Source of the DNA: Bacillota bacterium
Lineage (GTDB): Bacteria > Bacillota > UBA4882 > UBA8346
Direction: 5' to 3'
NCBI GenBank assembly: GCA_012728785.1
Contig: JAAYEK010000151.1
Coordinates: forward strand, 3,096 to 67,095
DNA: 64,000 nt
Shown: one piece after another, positions 37,364 to 45,636 of the stretch
Numbering within the stretch: position 1 is the stretch's first letter
How the letters are laid out: every line of letters begins with the position of its first letter
Program-made: the position numbers and the translations under genes
Notes under the pieces: model-generated
Database searches by the model: none
Told to the model about the DNA's origin: nothing
The model's input: only the letters and a program-made list of their open reading frames with translations

Positions 37364-38366
37364 TCAATTCATCCTCCTTACCCCTGGAGATGATTATTTC
37401 TCCCGAGTCTTCCAATTGTCGGATGACATTAACAATCTTCTGTTGGGCTTCCTCTACGTCACGCAGGCGTACCGGCCCCATATATCCCATGTCTTCCTTG
37501 AGCAATTCCACTGCACGTTTGGACATATTGCGGAAAACAAGGTTTTTAACATCTTCACTGGCGGTCTTCATCGCCATAGACAGATCTTTAGCATCGATTT
37601 CCCGTAAAATACGTTGGACCGAACGGTTATCAAGCAATACAATATCTTCGAAGACGAACATCCGGCGTTTAATCTCATCGGCCAACTCCGGATTTTCCTC
37701 GGCTAAGGCTTCTAAGATGGTCTTTTCAGTCCCACGATCAACCCGATTTAAAATTGAAACTACCGACTCAACTCCACCGGCAATTGTAAAGTCCTGCATC
37801 ACAAAGGAAGACAATTTTTTTTCTAGGATTAACTCTACTTCCCGTAAGACATCCGGAGAAGTCCGATCCATGGTCGCCACCCGTTTGGCCACTTCCACCT
37901 GTTGCAGCGGGGGCAAAGCCGACAGAATAATTCCGGCTTGTTCCGGAGCAAGATAAGCCATTACCAAAGCAATAGTTTGAGGATGTTCATTTTGAATAAA
38001 GTTAAGCAACTGGCTTGGTTCTGTCTTCCGGGCAAAGTCAAAAGGCCTGACTTGCAACGATGCGGTTAACTTACCGATGATATCATGAGCTTTATGAGAG
38101 CCTAAAGCCTTTTCCAATATTTCACGGGCGGAATCGATCCCTCCCGATAAAATAAATTCTTGGGCTAAGCAGATCTGATAAAATTCTTCTAAAACCCGAT
38201 CTTTGATCTCCGGCGAGACCCGGCGAATATTGGCAATCTCTAAACTAAGTTCCTCAATCTCGTCTTCGCGTAAATTCTTCATAATACCGGCCGAGATTTC
38301 CGAACCAAGCGATAATAGTAAGACTGCCGCTTTTTGTTTTCCAGTTAATTCTTGTGGTTTTGCCAC
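37356..38366 (-). CDS. fliG: Flagellar motor switch protein FliG
   Basis: 336 aa with MFVFEDIVLLD and the C-terminal torque-helix region. Confidence 0.95.
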   Translation of the reverse strand: MAKPQELTGKQKAAVLLLSLGSEISAGIMKNLREDEIEELSLEIANIRRVSPEIKDRVLEEFYQICLAQEFILSGGIDSAREILEKALGSHKAHDIIGKLTASLQVRPFDFARKTEPSQLLNFIQNEHPQTIALVMAYLAPEQAGIILSALPPLQQVEVAKRVATMDRTSPDVLREVELILEKKLSSFVMQDFTIAGGVESVVSILNRVDRGTEKTILEALAEENPELADEIKRRMFVFEDIVLLDNRSVQRILREIDAKDLSMAMKTASEDVKNLVFRNMSKRAVELLKEDMGYMGPVRLRDVEEAQQKIVNVIRQLEDSGEIIISRGKEDELIV

Positions 38367-38383
38367 GGGAGTTCACTCCAAGT

Positions 38384-39952
38384 TTAAGATTCTTCGGAGA
38401 GCCAAGCTTTTAATAACACGGCGACTTCCGCCGGTTTTTCGCGGGCGAATTTTTCAATCGCCACCAAGCGTTCATTTCTAGCTCTTTCCTCCGGAGTAAT
38501 TTCAATAACGGCTGCTTCTTCGGCTGTCATTAATTTGTCTTCCACCAAAGTATCGATCTTCGAACCTACGACTAATCCTTCGGCGGATAGTTCCTCTCCT
38601 AAAATCTCCTCCGCTTTTTTAGCTTTGACAGCCGGTGAACTGCGGCGGGCGATAATAGCAAGGGTTAATAATAAAACCATTCCGACGAAAGCGGCAACTA
38701 TCATGTTCCAAGGAATCTCCACCGGTTCCGGTTCGGCCGGTTTGGAGAATTCAATCGTTTCCACAGTCAAACGGTCGCCCCGTTCTTCCATGAGCCCCAC
38801 CGAGGCAGCAACCGTATTATAAACTTTATCTTTGGTGAGCGCCGGTAAATTACCGTCTACCCAAACCCCAACCGTCAAGCGTTTAACTTTTCCGGGTGCG
38901 GCGACCCTAAACTCTTCAACTTTACTAATCTCGTAGTTGGTAGTCCGTTCCGACTTTTCGGCTTTATATTGGGTTATTCCCGAATCAGTCGCTTTATACT
39001 GAGTAATATTGGTGTCGGTCCCGGGAACACCTACACTGGAGCTTCCCGTCCCCTCATAAGTTTCGTATTTCTCCTGTTCGCTCCGGGGAACCCCTTTATC
39101 AGCGAAAGTTTCACTTTTTTGTTCTTGATAGTCAAGATCTAAATCGGCATTGACTCGGACCACGGCCCGATTAAATCCGAAAACCTTGGAGAGCATACTC
39201 TCCACTCGCCGTTCTACCTGATTCTCATAATCATATTTAGCGCCAAAAGCGTCGGCGATAGAGTCCGGTCCAGGTAATCCCCGCTGGTTTCGTCCCGGTC
39301 GAAGCATGGCGGTTAAATCATTGGCATAGTTATCGATGATGGTGACATTTTCTTTTCTAACGCCGGTACTGGCTGCAACTAGATTGGCGATGGACTCCAC
39401 TTGGGCCTGGGTAAGCACTCCCGGACCTCTTAGCTGTAATTGGACGGAAACGGTGCCTTCCGGTTTATCATCGGCGAAGATATACTCGGTGGAATCGGGT
39501 AAATTAAGTAAAATTTTAGCATCAAAGATCCCGTCCAACCGTTGCAAGGTTCGGGTCAATTCGCCTGAAATAGCGCGTTGTCTGTTGATTTGATTGGTGA
39601 AGTCGGTAGCGCTGAAAGAACTTTGGTCGAAGATCTCCCAACCTACTACTCCGCCTCGGGGAATACCCTCTTTGAGTAAATTAGCCCGAACCGAAACCGC
39701 ATTGGGAACTTCGATCCCGCCACCCGCCGAAGTCCGGTAGGGAATCCGCAGCTCTTCCAGTTTAGTAATAATCTCGCTGCGGTCTTGTTCGGAAAGACGG
39801 GAGTATAGCAGCTCATAACGGGGTGATCTAACCCACCTGACCCCGAAAATGATGGTACCTAATACCAACAGCAGAACCACCACGACCATTATCCGCCGGG
39901 TGGTATCCATTTTATTCCAGAGATTCTTTATCTGGGTTAAAATCTCGTTCAC
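38384..39952 (-). CDS. fliF: Flagellar MS-ring protein FliF
   Basis: 522 aa with a GTG start preceded by AGGAGG. Two TM segments flank a large ring-building region. Confidence 0.95.
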   Translation of the reverse strand: MNEILTQIKNLWNKMDTTRRIMVVVVLLLVLGTIIFGVRWVRSPRYELLYSRLSEQDRSEIITKLEELRIPYRTSAGGGIEVPNAVSVRANLLKEGIPRGGVVGWEIFDQSSFSATDFTNQINRQRAISGELTRTLQRLDGIFDAKILLNLPDSTEYIFADDKPEGTVSVQLQLRGPGVLTQAQVESIANLVAASTGVRKENVTIIDNYANDLTAMLRPGRNQRGLPGPDSIADAFGAKYDYENQVERRVESMLSKVFGFNRAVVRVNADLDLDYQEQKSETFADKGVPRSEQEKYETYEGTGSSSVGVPGTDTNITQYKATDSGITQYKAEKSERTTNYEISKVEEFRVAAPGKVKRLTVGVWVDGNLPALTKDKVYNTVAASVGLMEERGDRLTVETIEFSKPAEPEPVEIPWNMIVAAFVGMVLLLTLAIIARRSSPAVKAKKAEEILGEELSAEGLVVGSKIDTLVEDKLMTAEEAAVIEITPEERARNERLVAIEKFAREKPAEVAVLLKAWLSEES

Positions 39953-40012
39953 ATTAACCTCCTAAATCTTATACCTGGCGCAATCAAAGTTTTTATGCAA
40001 ATCTTGGGGATA

Positions 40013-40041
40013 ATTATATCATTCAACACCTTAGAAAACAA
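40013..40041 (-). promoter_or_regulatory. Candidate sigma-A type promoter inside the fliE-fliF gap
   Basis: Minus strand reads TTGTTT-N17-TATAAT with TGA immediately upstream of the -10 (extended -10, TGnTATAAT). It lies about 60 nt upstream of the fliF start. Confidence 0.4.
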
Positions 40042-40137
40042 TGAGGTGACCTGAACGAAAATAAAATTCGTAAATTACTCGATTATGATTGCATCCGGCA
40101 TTAGAAGGCAGTCGTTCACATTAAGCTACTATGGTTA

Positions 40138-40443
40138 TTAGATCTGGGTCCGCATAATCTCTTGATATGCTTCCAATACTTTGTTCCGAAGCTGCATGGT
40201 AAAGTCAAAAGCCAATCCGGCCTTTTCAGCCATGACCATTGCTTGATGGATATACTCCAGATTACCGGAGGCCATTTGAGCGTTAAGGTCCGACGATTGA
40301 ATCTGAAGCACGTTTACTTTATCCAATGCTTGTCCTAACATTTGTTCAAAGGAATTGGCGGTTGCCGGATTTTCGACAAACGGTTTTGATTCCTTATCCA
40401 GTTTAATAAAAGAAAGCGGACTAATTGGAGTTGTATTCACCAT
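40138..40443 (-). CDS. fliE: Flagellar hook-basal body protein FliE
   Basis: 101 aa with typical size, position after flgC, and a C-terminal LRNKVLEAYQEIMRTQI. Confidence 0.85.
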   Translation of the reverse strand: MVNTTPISPLSFIKLDKESKPFVENPATANSFEQMLGQALDKVNVLQIQSSDLNAQMASGNLEYIHQAMVMAEKAGLAFDFTMQLRNKVLEAYQEIMRTQI

Positions 40444-40460
40444 TGATTGACCTCCCTTTC

Positions 40461-40892
40461 TTAGACCCTACCAATATCTAATGCCGCCCGATACATATCT
40501 TTAGCTGAGTTAAAGGCGGTAACATTCGCTTCATAAGAACGGCTCGCTGAAATCAAGTTGACCATTTCCACCACCGGATTAATATCCGGGTAAAGCACAT
40601 ATCCTTCAGTGTTCGCGTCAGGATGGGACGGATCGTAAACCAACCGCGGCGGGTTTTCATCCGGTTTAATCCTAACTACTTTGACTCCGGCCGGTCGCGA
40701 AACCAATCGTCCTTGGGCATTGATTGCTTCTTCGATAACTTCCATAAATACCGGAACTTTTCGGGTGTAAGGTCCCCCTTCTTTAGTTCTGGTGGTATTA
40801 GCGTTGGCAATATTATTGGATATCAGGTCCATTCTCAGCCGTTCAGCAGTCAAAGCAGTGGCGCTGATATCAAAATTACGAAACAGATCCAT
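40461..40892 (-). CDS. flgC: Flagellar proximal rod protein FlgC
   Basis: 143 aa with ISNNIANANTTRT and a C-terminal SRSYEANVTAFN. Confidence 0.9.
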   Translation of the reverse strand: MDLFRNFDISATALTAERLRMDLISNNIANANTTRTKEGGPYTRKVPVFMEVIEEAINAQGRLVSRPAGVKVVRIKPDENPPRLVYDPSHPDANTEGYVLYPDINPVVEMVNLISASRSYEANVTAFNSAKDMYRAALDIGRV

Positions 40893-40897
40893 CTAGA

Positions 40898-41311
40898 TCA
40901 TCTCCCTTCGATGGCCTTTTTCAAGCCGTCCATTCTCTTTTTCCAGGTTTGGGTGATCGATTGGAAGAACAGGGTGTTCTGGGCGTCTTGGGCCATTTCG
41001 AACTCAACGTCGATGTTGTTGGTGTCGTAACGGCTCAAGGTTTTGGTCTCCCTGTTAATCTTGATCGGTCCCAATCCCGGCCGGGAATTGGAAAAATGCA
41101 TCGGATGGGTTCTGACCATTTCCAGTTCGTCTTCGTTAATCCGGTCATTCAAGGCATCGGCGAAATCAATGTCGAGCCTTTTATAGAACGGAGTGTTCAC
41201 ATTGGCGATATTCTGGTTAATAAGTTGTTTGCGGATCATCGAAGCGTCCATGGCCCTTTCCAGGAGTTTCGATGTCCGGTTTTGAGTTAGTTTTTGCCAC
41301 ATATCCCGCAC
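40898..41311 (-). CDS. flgB: Flagellar proximal rod protein FlgB
   Basis: 137 aa with NQNIANVNTPFYKR; first gene of the operon. Confidence 0.9.
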   Translation of the reverse strand: MRDMWQKLTQNRTSKLLERAMDASMIRKQLINQNIANVNTPFYKRLDIDFADALNDRINEDELEMVRTHPMHFSNSRPGLGPIKINRETKTLSRYDTNNIDVEFEMAQDAQNTLFFQSITQTWKKRMDGLKKAIEGR

Positions 41312-41502
41312 CTCATCCGATAATGTTTGAACCTTAATAAAACATCTATTTCAGTAATCGGATGATGTCCACCTAAAGTTTAGTTTTTTTTGAAAGCTTG
41401 TGATAACTAAGTTTTACTTCGCTATTATCAGGGTAAATCCTGCAATATCGGATTCTTTTTACTAAATTTCTATCCAAAACCATGGCCCATAAAGGCCGAA
41501 TC

Positions 41503-41552
41503 TAATAAATTATTAGGGGCTGTTGCAAATATAGCATTTTGCAACAGCCCCT
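41503..41552 (-). terminator. Strong rho-independent terminator upstream of the flagellar operon
   Basis: Perfect 15-bp stem AGGGGCTGTTGCAAA / TTTGCAACAGCCCCT with an 8-nt loop, 8 nt after the stop of the 66-aa gene. Followed by an A/T-rich tail on the minus strand. Confidence 0.7.
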
Positions 41553-41559
41553 TCTTGGT

Positions 41560-41760
41560 TTATACTGTAACTCGTTTTTTCTTTTTTTGACTTGAAGCGG
41601 CTTTCTTGGTTGATGCCGCTTTCGAATTTTCGGTATTACCCGCTGCCGGCCGGGCCGCCCTAGCTTTTGCGTCGACGATCTTCTCGGCCTTTCCGGCGTA
41701 ATAATAGAAAACACCAAAGAATAACAGCACTACGATTACGGTGTAAGCTTCAAAACTCAT
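41560..41760 (-). CDS. Small membrane protein with a Lys/Ala-rich basic tail, unknown function
   Basis: 66 aa. The ATG is preceded by GGAGG at 8 nt. One TM helix (VIVVLLFFGVFYYY). Confidence 0.55.
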   Translation of the reverse strand: MSFEAYTVIVVLLFFGVFYYYAGKAEKIVDAKARAARPAAGNTENSKAASTKKAASSQKKKKRVTV

Positions 41761-41780
41761 TTAAATACCTCCTGATTGGC

Positions 41781-42173
41781 TTAATTGATGATCTTTATAG
41801 CAAACTGCCGATCAAGAGACGCGTCTTCCGCACAATTGCGGGAGATGCGATAGAAATTGTAGAAAAAGTCAATCACCTTATCGGTAATGATTGTCTGGGA
41901 AGTTTTTTTGCAATACCGATCGCTATCTTGATAATCGATCCCCGCATCAATTTTTTGATAAAGGACCGTTCTGCCGCATATTTTTAAGGGATTGTTCTTC
42001 TTGTCGTTACCGGTGGTCAAATACAAATCGGCGGTGTTCGGTAACCCAATCGATTGGAACGGTCCGTTTACTTTAGGATTATTATAGGGGTAATCATTGA
42101 CGGCCGCAAAATAGCTGAGGATCAAAAGTAATCCGCAGAGGACGGCTACTATTGAACGGTATTTACGCATCAA
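41781..42173 (-). CDS. Hypothetical signal-anchored / secreted protein
   Basis: 130 aa. TTG-ATG start region preceded by GAAGGGGGGG; N-terminal hydrophobic segment; no family recognised. Confidence 0.5.
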   Translation of the reverse strand: MMRKYRSIVAVLCGLLLILSYFAAVNDYPYNNPKVNGPFQSIGLPNTADLYLTTGNDKKNNPLKICGRTVLYQKIDAGIDYQDSDRYCKKTSQTIITDKVIDFFYNFYRISRNCAEDASLDRQFAIKIIN

Positions 42174-42308
42174 GACCCCCCCTTCAAATTACGGTTTAAT
42201 TACACTTATTTCACTTATATTATAGTTAACTTCGGGTTGTTGTGCAATGTGCAAGTACAATTTACAACTATTAACTCTGCCAACCCTCATTCTATCTTTC
42301 TTCCTCTA

Positions 42309-42474
42309 GGGAGAAACGAACTGTGGTTCTGTCAGTATTTGTTTGGCATAAACTTCACTGCACCTCTATAAGCCGTTGCAAACCCCGAAATCCGCAGCCC
42401 TTCCCCATATTTCCCACAACAATCTTTATCGGATTATCACCTGATCCACTTTCGTTCCTCCCTTTAGGGAGGAA
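42309..42474. repeat. Inverted-repeat element with competing hairpins in a 517-nt intergenic region
   Basis: GGGAGAAACGAACTGTGG (42309-42326) is the near reverse complement of CCACTTTCGTTCCTCCC (42446-42462). The same TTCCTCCC can instead pair locally with GGGAGGAA (42467-42474, loop TTTA). Confidence 0.45.
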
Positions 42475-42577
42475 GCAAGTTGGAGGGTTGGCGAAGATTT
42501 TTTTCAATCTCTTCCAAAACAAACTCCATTCGGCTAAAAACATCTTCATTCTTAAAACGGATCACTTTTATTCCGTA
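42464..42577 (-). pseudogene. Relic of the C-terminus of a DUF559-type (Vsr-like) endonuclease-domain gene
   Basis: Minus frame gives YGIKVIRFKNEDVFSRMEFVLEEIEKNLRQPSNLLPP*, matching the G-x-x-V-[LI]-R-F-x-N-x-[ED]-V...I end of DUF559 proteins. Stops and frame breaks lie immediately upstream. Confidence 0.4.
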
Positions 42578-42690
42578 TTATTCAATAGCCTTTTGCTCTC
42601 CTTACTCTCTCAGGTCCTATTCACAAATAAATATAACTAATATATAGTTTATTTAGATTGACATCATTGATAAACTCGGGAAGGTATTAA

Positions 42691-43116
42691 ATGTCTTATT
42701 CAACAACCCTACATACTGCAGTCGGTATATTGGCGTTGATCAGCATCAAAATGAAGGAATACCATTATGAATTCGTATCAACGAAGTTAATATCGGAGCA
42801 TTTAAAAATTCCTGCCCCGACTGTGGTTAAGGCGCTTAAAAACCTAAACGCAGCAGGTATTATCGATACCAAAGAAGGCGCCAGGGGCGGAGTATTACTG
42901 GCAAAACCGCTTTCCGAGATAACGTTGTTGGATATATTCCTAGCTGTTGAACCAGGGAAGCCTTTGTTTAAAACCATCTCCGATTATCCCCTTAAAGGTA
43001 GAGAAGTGGAGATCATCAAGGCAAGATTGTTTAATAGTTTACAAAATGCCGAAAAGGCTATGATGGAGTCATTGAAAACATTAACCTTGGAAGATTTGTT
43101 TAATCTCGATCTGTAA
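42691..43116 (+). CDS. Rrf2 family transcriptional regulator
   Basis: 141 aa winged-HTH protein (ISEHLKIPAPTVVKALKNLNAAGIIDTKEGARGGVLLAKP). Confidence 0.85.
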   Translation: MSYSTTLHTAVGILALISIKMKEYHYEFVSTKLISEHLKIPAPTVVKALKNLNAAGIIDTKEGARGGVLLAKPLSEITLLDIFLAVEPGKPLFKTISDYPLKGREVEIIKARLFNSLQNAEKAMMESLKTLTLEDLFNLDL

Positions 43117-43127
43117 AATAGAACTAT

Positions 43128-43149
43128 TGAACCTTTGGTTCATTTTTTT
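43128..43149 (+). terminator. Weak hairpin plus T-run after the Rrf2 gene
   Basis: TGAACC-TTT-GGTTCA followed by TTTTTTT. The stem is only 6 bp. Confidence 0.3.
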
Positions 43150-43213
43150 AAAGACAAACTAGATCTAATCTATATATAGTATATAAATAATAATATTTAA
43201 CGGAGGTATCAGC

Positions 43214-44467
43214 ATGACTATTAATTATGGCAAATTACTAGCAAGCCAGAGAAACTGGTTTTCCACAGGGAAATCCGGAGAAATTGGTTTTCGGATCAAA
43301 GCCCTAAAAATATTGAAACAAACTATTATTAAACGCACTGACGAAATCATGGCCGCTCTGGAGAAAGATTTCGGCAAGAGCCGGTTTGAGACCTTCACCA
43401 GTGAAATTATGGCGGCTATCGAAGAGATCAACCTAGCGGTTAAAAATTTGCATTCATGGGCTGCTCCGCTAAGAGTAAAAACTCCCATTACATACTTTAA
43501 AGCGAAAAGCCGGATTTATTATGAGCCTTTTGGAGTCGTTCTGGTAATATCGGCCTGGAATTACCCCTTTCAACTAACAATAACTCCTTTAATCGGCGCA
43601 ATCTCAGCCGGTAATTGCTGTGTGGTAAAGCCTTCGGAGTTGTCGCCCAACACCTCGAAAATTGTAACCTCGATAATTAGGGATTCTTTCCCGGAGGAAT
43701 ATTGCGCAGCGGTTGAAGGTGGAATCGAGGAAACGACAGCTTTGCTCAAAGAAAAATTTGACTTTATTCATTATACAGGAAGCACCCGCGTGGGGAGGAT
43801 AATCGCCCAGGCGGCCGCTGAACATTTAACCCCGGCCGTACTGGAGATGGGCGGAAAAAGTCCTTGTATCGTCGATGATACCGCTGATCTAAAAATTTCT
43901 GCCCGCAGAATAGCCTGGGGCAAATTCTTAAACGCCGGTCAAACTTGTGTAGCTCCTGATTATCTGATAGTACATAAAGCGATTAAAGCACCATTGTTGC
44001 AAGCTCTTCAAGAACAAATTAAAGCTTTCTACGGAGATGCTCCGGAAAAAAACAGCGATTACTGCCGGGTCATTAGTCAAAGACATTTTGACCGGCTGTC
44101 AACCTTCTTGAAAAACGGCGCTATTGTCAGTGGCGGAACTACGGACCGGGATCAGTTATACATTGAGCCGACTTTGCTTGATAAGATATCATGGGATGAT
44201 CCTATAATGCAGGAAGAGATATTCGGCCCGATACTTCCGGTTTTGGAATATGAGGATTTGTCCGAGGTGATCGCAACGATCAATGGCCATAGCAAGCCTC
44301 TAGCCCTTTATTTCTTCTCCAAGGACAAGCAAGCCCAAAAAAGAATCCTTAGGGAGGTTCCTTTCGGCGGCGGCTGTATCAATACGACTCTAATGCACAC
44401 CGCCAACCCGCATTTACCCTTTGGAGGAGTCGGCGAAAGTGGCATCGGTAGTTATCATGGAAGGTAG
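43214..44467 (+). CDS. ALDH3-type aldehyde dehydrogenase, interrupted by an in-frame TAG (conserved C-terminus continues to 44587)
   Basis: 417 aa with catalytic LEMGGKSP and GQTCVAPDY. It ends ...GIGSYHGR-TAG and the same frame continues SFETFSHKKSVLDKS...YPPYQNKVNFLKKLYK-TAA, which is the normal family C-terminus. Confidence 0.85.
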   Translation: MTINYGKLLASQRNWFSTGKSGEIGFRIKALKILKQTIIKRTDEIMAALEKDFGKSRFETFTSEIMAAIEEINLAVKNLHSWAAPLRVKTPITYFKAKSRIYYEPFGVVLVISAWNYPFQLTITPLIGAISAGNCCVVKPSELSPNTSKIVTSIIRDSFPEEYCAAVEGGIEETTALLKEKFDFIHYTGSTRVGRIIAQAAAEHLTPAVLEMGGKSPCIVDDTADLKISARRIAWGKFLNAGQTCVAPDYLIVHKAIKAPLLQALQEQIKAFYGDAPEKNSDYCRVISQRHFDRLSTFLKNGAIVSGGTTDRDQLYIEPTLLDKISWDDPIMQEEIFGPILPVLEYEDLSEVIATINGHSKPLALYFFSKDKQAQKRILREVPFGGGCINTTLMHTANPHLPFGGVGESGIGSYHGR

Positions 44468-44719
44468 AGCTTTGAAACTTTTTCTCATAAAAAAAGCGTC
44501 TTAGACAAATCGACACTAATTGATCCCCTCTTGCCTTATCCGCCTTACCAAAACAAGGTTAACTTTTTAAAGAAATTATATAAATAACTAGCGAAGTTAA
44601 TGTAGATTTCAATTTGGTCCCATTTGCCTTTGGCTTTAACCACGATGCTTAAATATTAACCGCGGACAGACACGAAATAGCTCTAATAAATTCTTCAAAT
44701 CTCAAGGTTTTATTCGGGT

Positions 44720-45394
44720 TCATAAGTGTTTATTCGCGGTTTCTGCGCATAACAAAACCCTTCCCAGCTCAGCAACGGACTCGACTATCTTATCCGCGCC
44801 TGCTTTCTCCAGTTCGTCCCGGTTGCCATAGCCGAACAAAACACCGATCGAATCGATCCCCGTCTCTTTGGCGCCGATTATGTCATACTCTCTGTCTCCG
44901 ATCATTACAGCTTTTGCAAGATCAATGCACTTACAATTCTCAAGAGCATCCTTGATAACCTCGCCTTTTTTGACCTTGGTCCCGTCCAGATTGCTTCCGA
45001 CAATGGTTGTGAAATACTTAGCGATCTTAAAATGCTCCAGGATTTGTTCAGCGAAGACTTTCGGTTTGGAGGTAGCCACCAACAGCATTTTTCCATGGTC
45101 CGTTAATTTCTCCAGCAGCTCTTCGATGCCATCATAAACCTGATTCTCAAAGATGCCCTTTTCCCGGTAATATTCTCGATAGTATTCCACGGCATTTACG
45201 GCCTCAGCCTTGGAAAACCCATAAAAATTCTCGAAGGAATCGGTTAACGGAGGACCGATGAATTTATATAATTGACTCCGGTCGTTAACTTCGATACCGT
45301 ATTTTTTAAGAGCATGCATCACCGAATTGGTGATCCCCAGCACCGGATCGGTCAAAGTGCCGTCCAGATCAAATAATAAGTATTGGTAGCCCAT
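44720..45394 (-). CDS. HAD-superfamily hydrolase (phosphoglycolate phosphatase / 5'-nucleotidase-like)
   Basis: The ATG at 45394 is preceded by AAGGAG. Product MGYQYLLFDLDGTLTD... carries HAD motif I DxDGT. The longer ORF to 45526 is unsupported. Confidence 0.85.
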   Translation of the reverse strand: MGYQYLLFDLDGTLTDPVLGITNSVMHALKKYGIEVNDRSQLYKFIGPPLTDSFENFYGFSKAEAVNAVEYYREYYREKGIFENQVYDGIEELLEKLTDHGKMLLVATSKPKVFAEQILEHFKIAKYFTTIVGSNLDGTKVKKGEVIKDALENCKCIDLAKAVMIGDREYDIIGAKETGIDSIGVLFGYGNRDELEKAGADKIVESVAELGRVLLCAETANKHL

Positions 45395-45437
45395 ATCGTT
45401 TCTCCTTATATTAAAAAGGACAAAACCTCCAGTTAAA

Positions 45438-45608
45438 TTACGATAGCCATATCTTGCAAATATAGTATTGCTTATTAGAGCCAATTGGTTTACATGCCGC
45501 CAATAGTGTATCTGGTAATGTTTCATCTAAAATTCCATTATTTTTCGGCAAATAATAGTGCAGCACCAGCATCAGCGCTACTATAATTAAACACATTATT
45601 TTTTGCAT
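45438..45608 (-). CDS. Possible small membrane peptide (56 aa) at the edge of the AT-rich island
   Basis: ATG preceded by AGAGGGTG. Product MQKIMCLIIVALMLVLHYY... has one TM helix and a Cys-containing tail. Weak evidence. Confidence 0.3.
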   Translation of the reverse strand: MQKIMCLIIVALMLVLHYYLPKNNGILDETLPDTLLAACKPIGSNKQYYICKIWLS

Positions 45609-45636
45609 CGTAATTTTACACCCTCTTTTTACGTTC

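Noticed and set aside
39976-39992. TGGCGC-N5-AAGTT resembling a sigma-54 -24/-12 element in the fliE-fliF gap
   Set aside because: It lies on the plus strand, opposite to all neighbouring genes, and it lacks the TTGC -12 core.
41502-41717. 71-aa Arg/Lys/Pro-rich ORF overlapping the 66-aa membrane protein gene
   Set aside because: It lies in an alternative frame, has no RBS, and its 3' end runs through the 15-bp terminator hairpin. The 41560-41760 frame has GGAGG plus an ATG.
42323-42640. ORFs 42323-42640 (+, 105 aa) and 42355-42549 (-, 64 aa) in the long intergenic region
   Set aside because: Neither has a ribosome-binding site, both are low-complexity and unfamiliar, and they run across the inverted-repeat element. 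The only protein-like signal is the DUF559 relic in a different minus-strand frame.
44465-44467. TAG in the aldehyde dehydrogenase as a pyrrolysine codon, or genome-wide stop-codon reassignment explaining both the TAG and the TAA at 47316
   Set aside because: No pyl genes are in the window, and ALDHs are not known Pyl proteins. Many genes here end at family-typical lengths on TAA or TAG (for example fliI and the MCP on TAA), which argues against reassignment. Nonsense mutation or sequence error is the simpler explanation.
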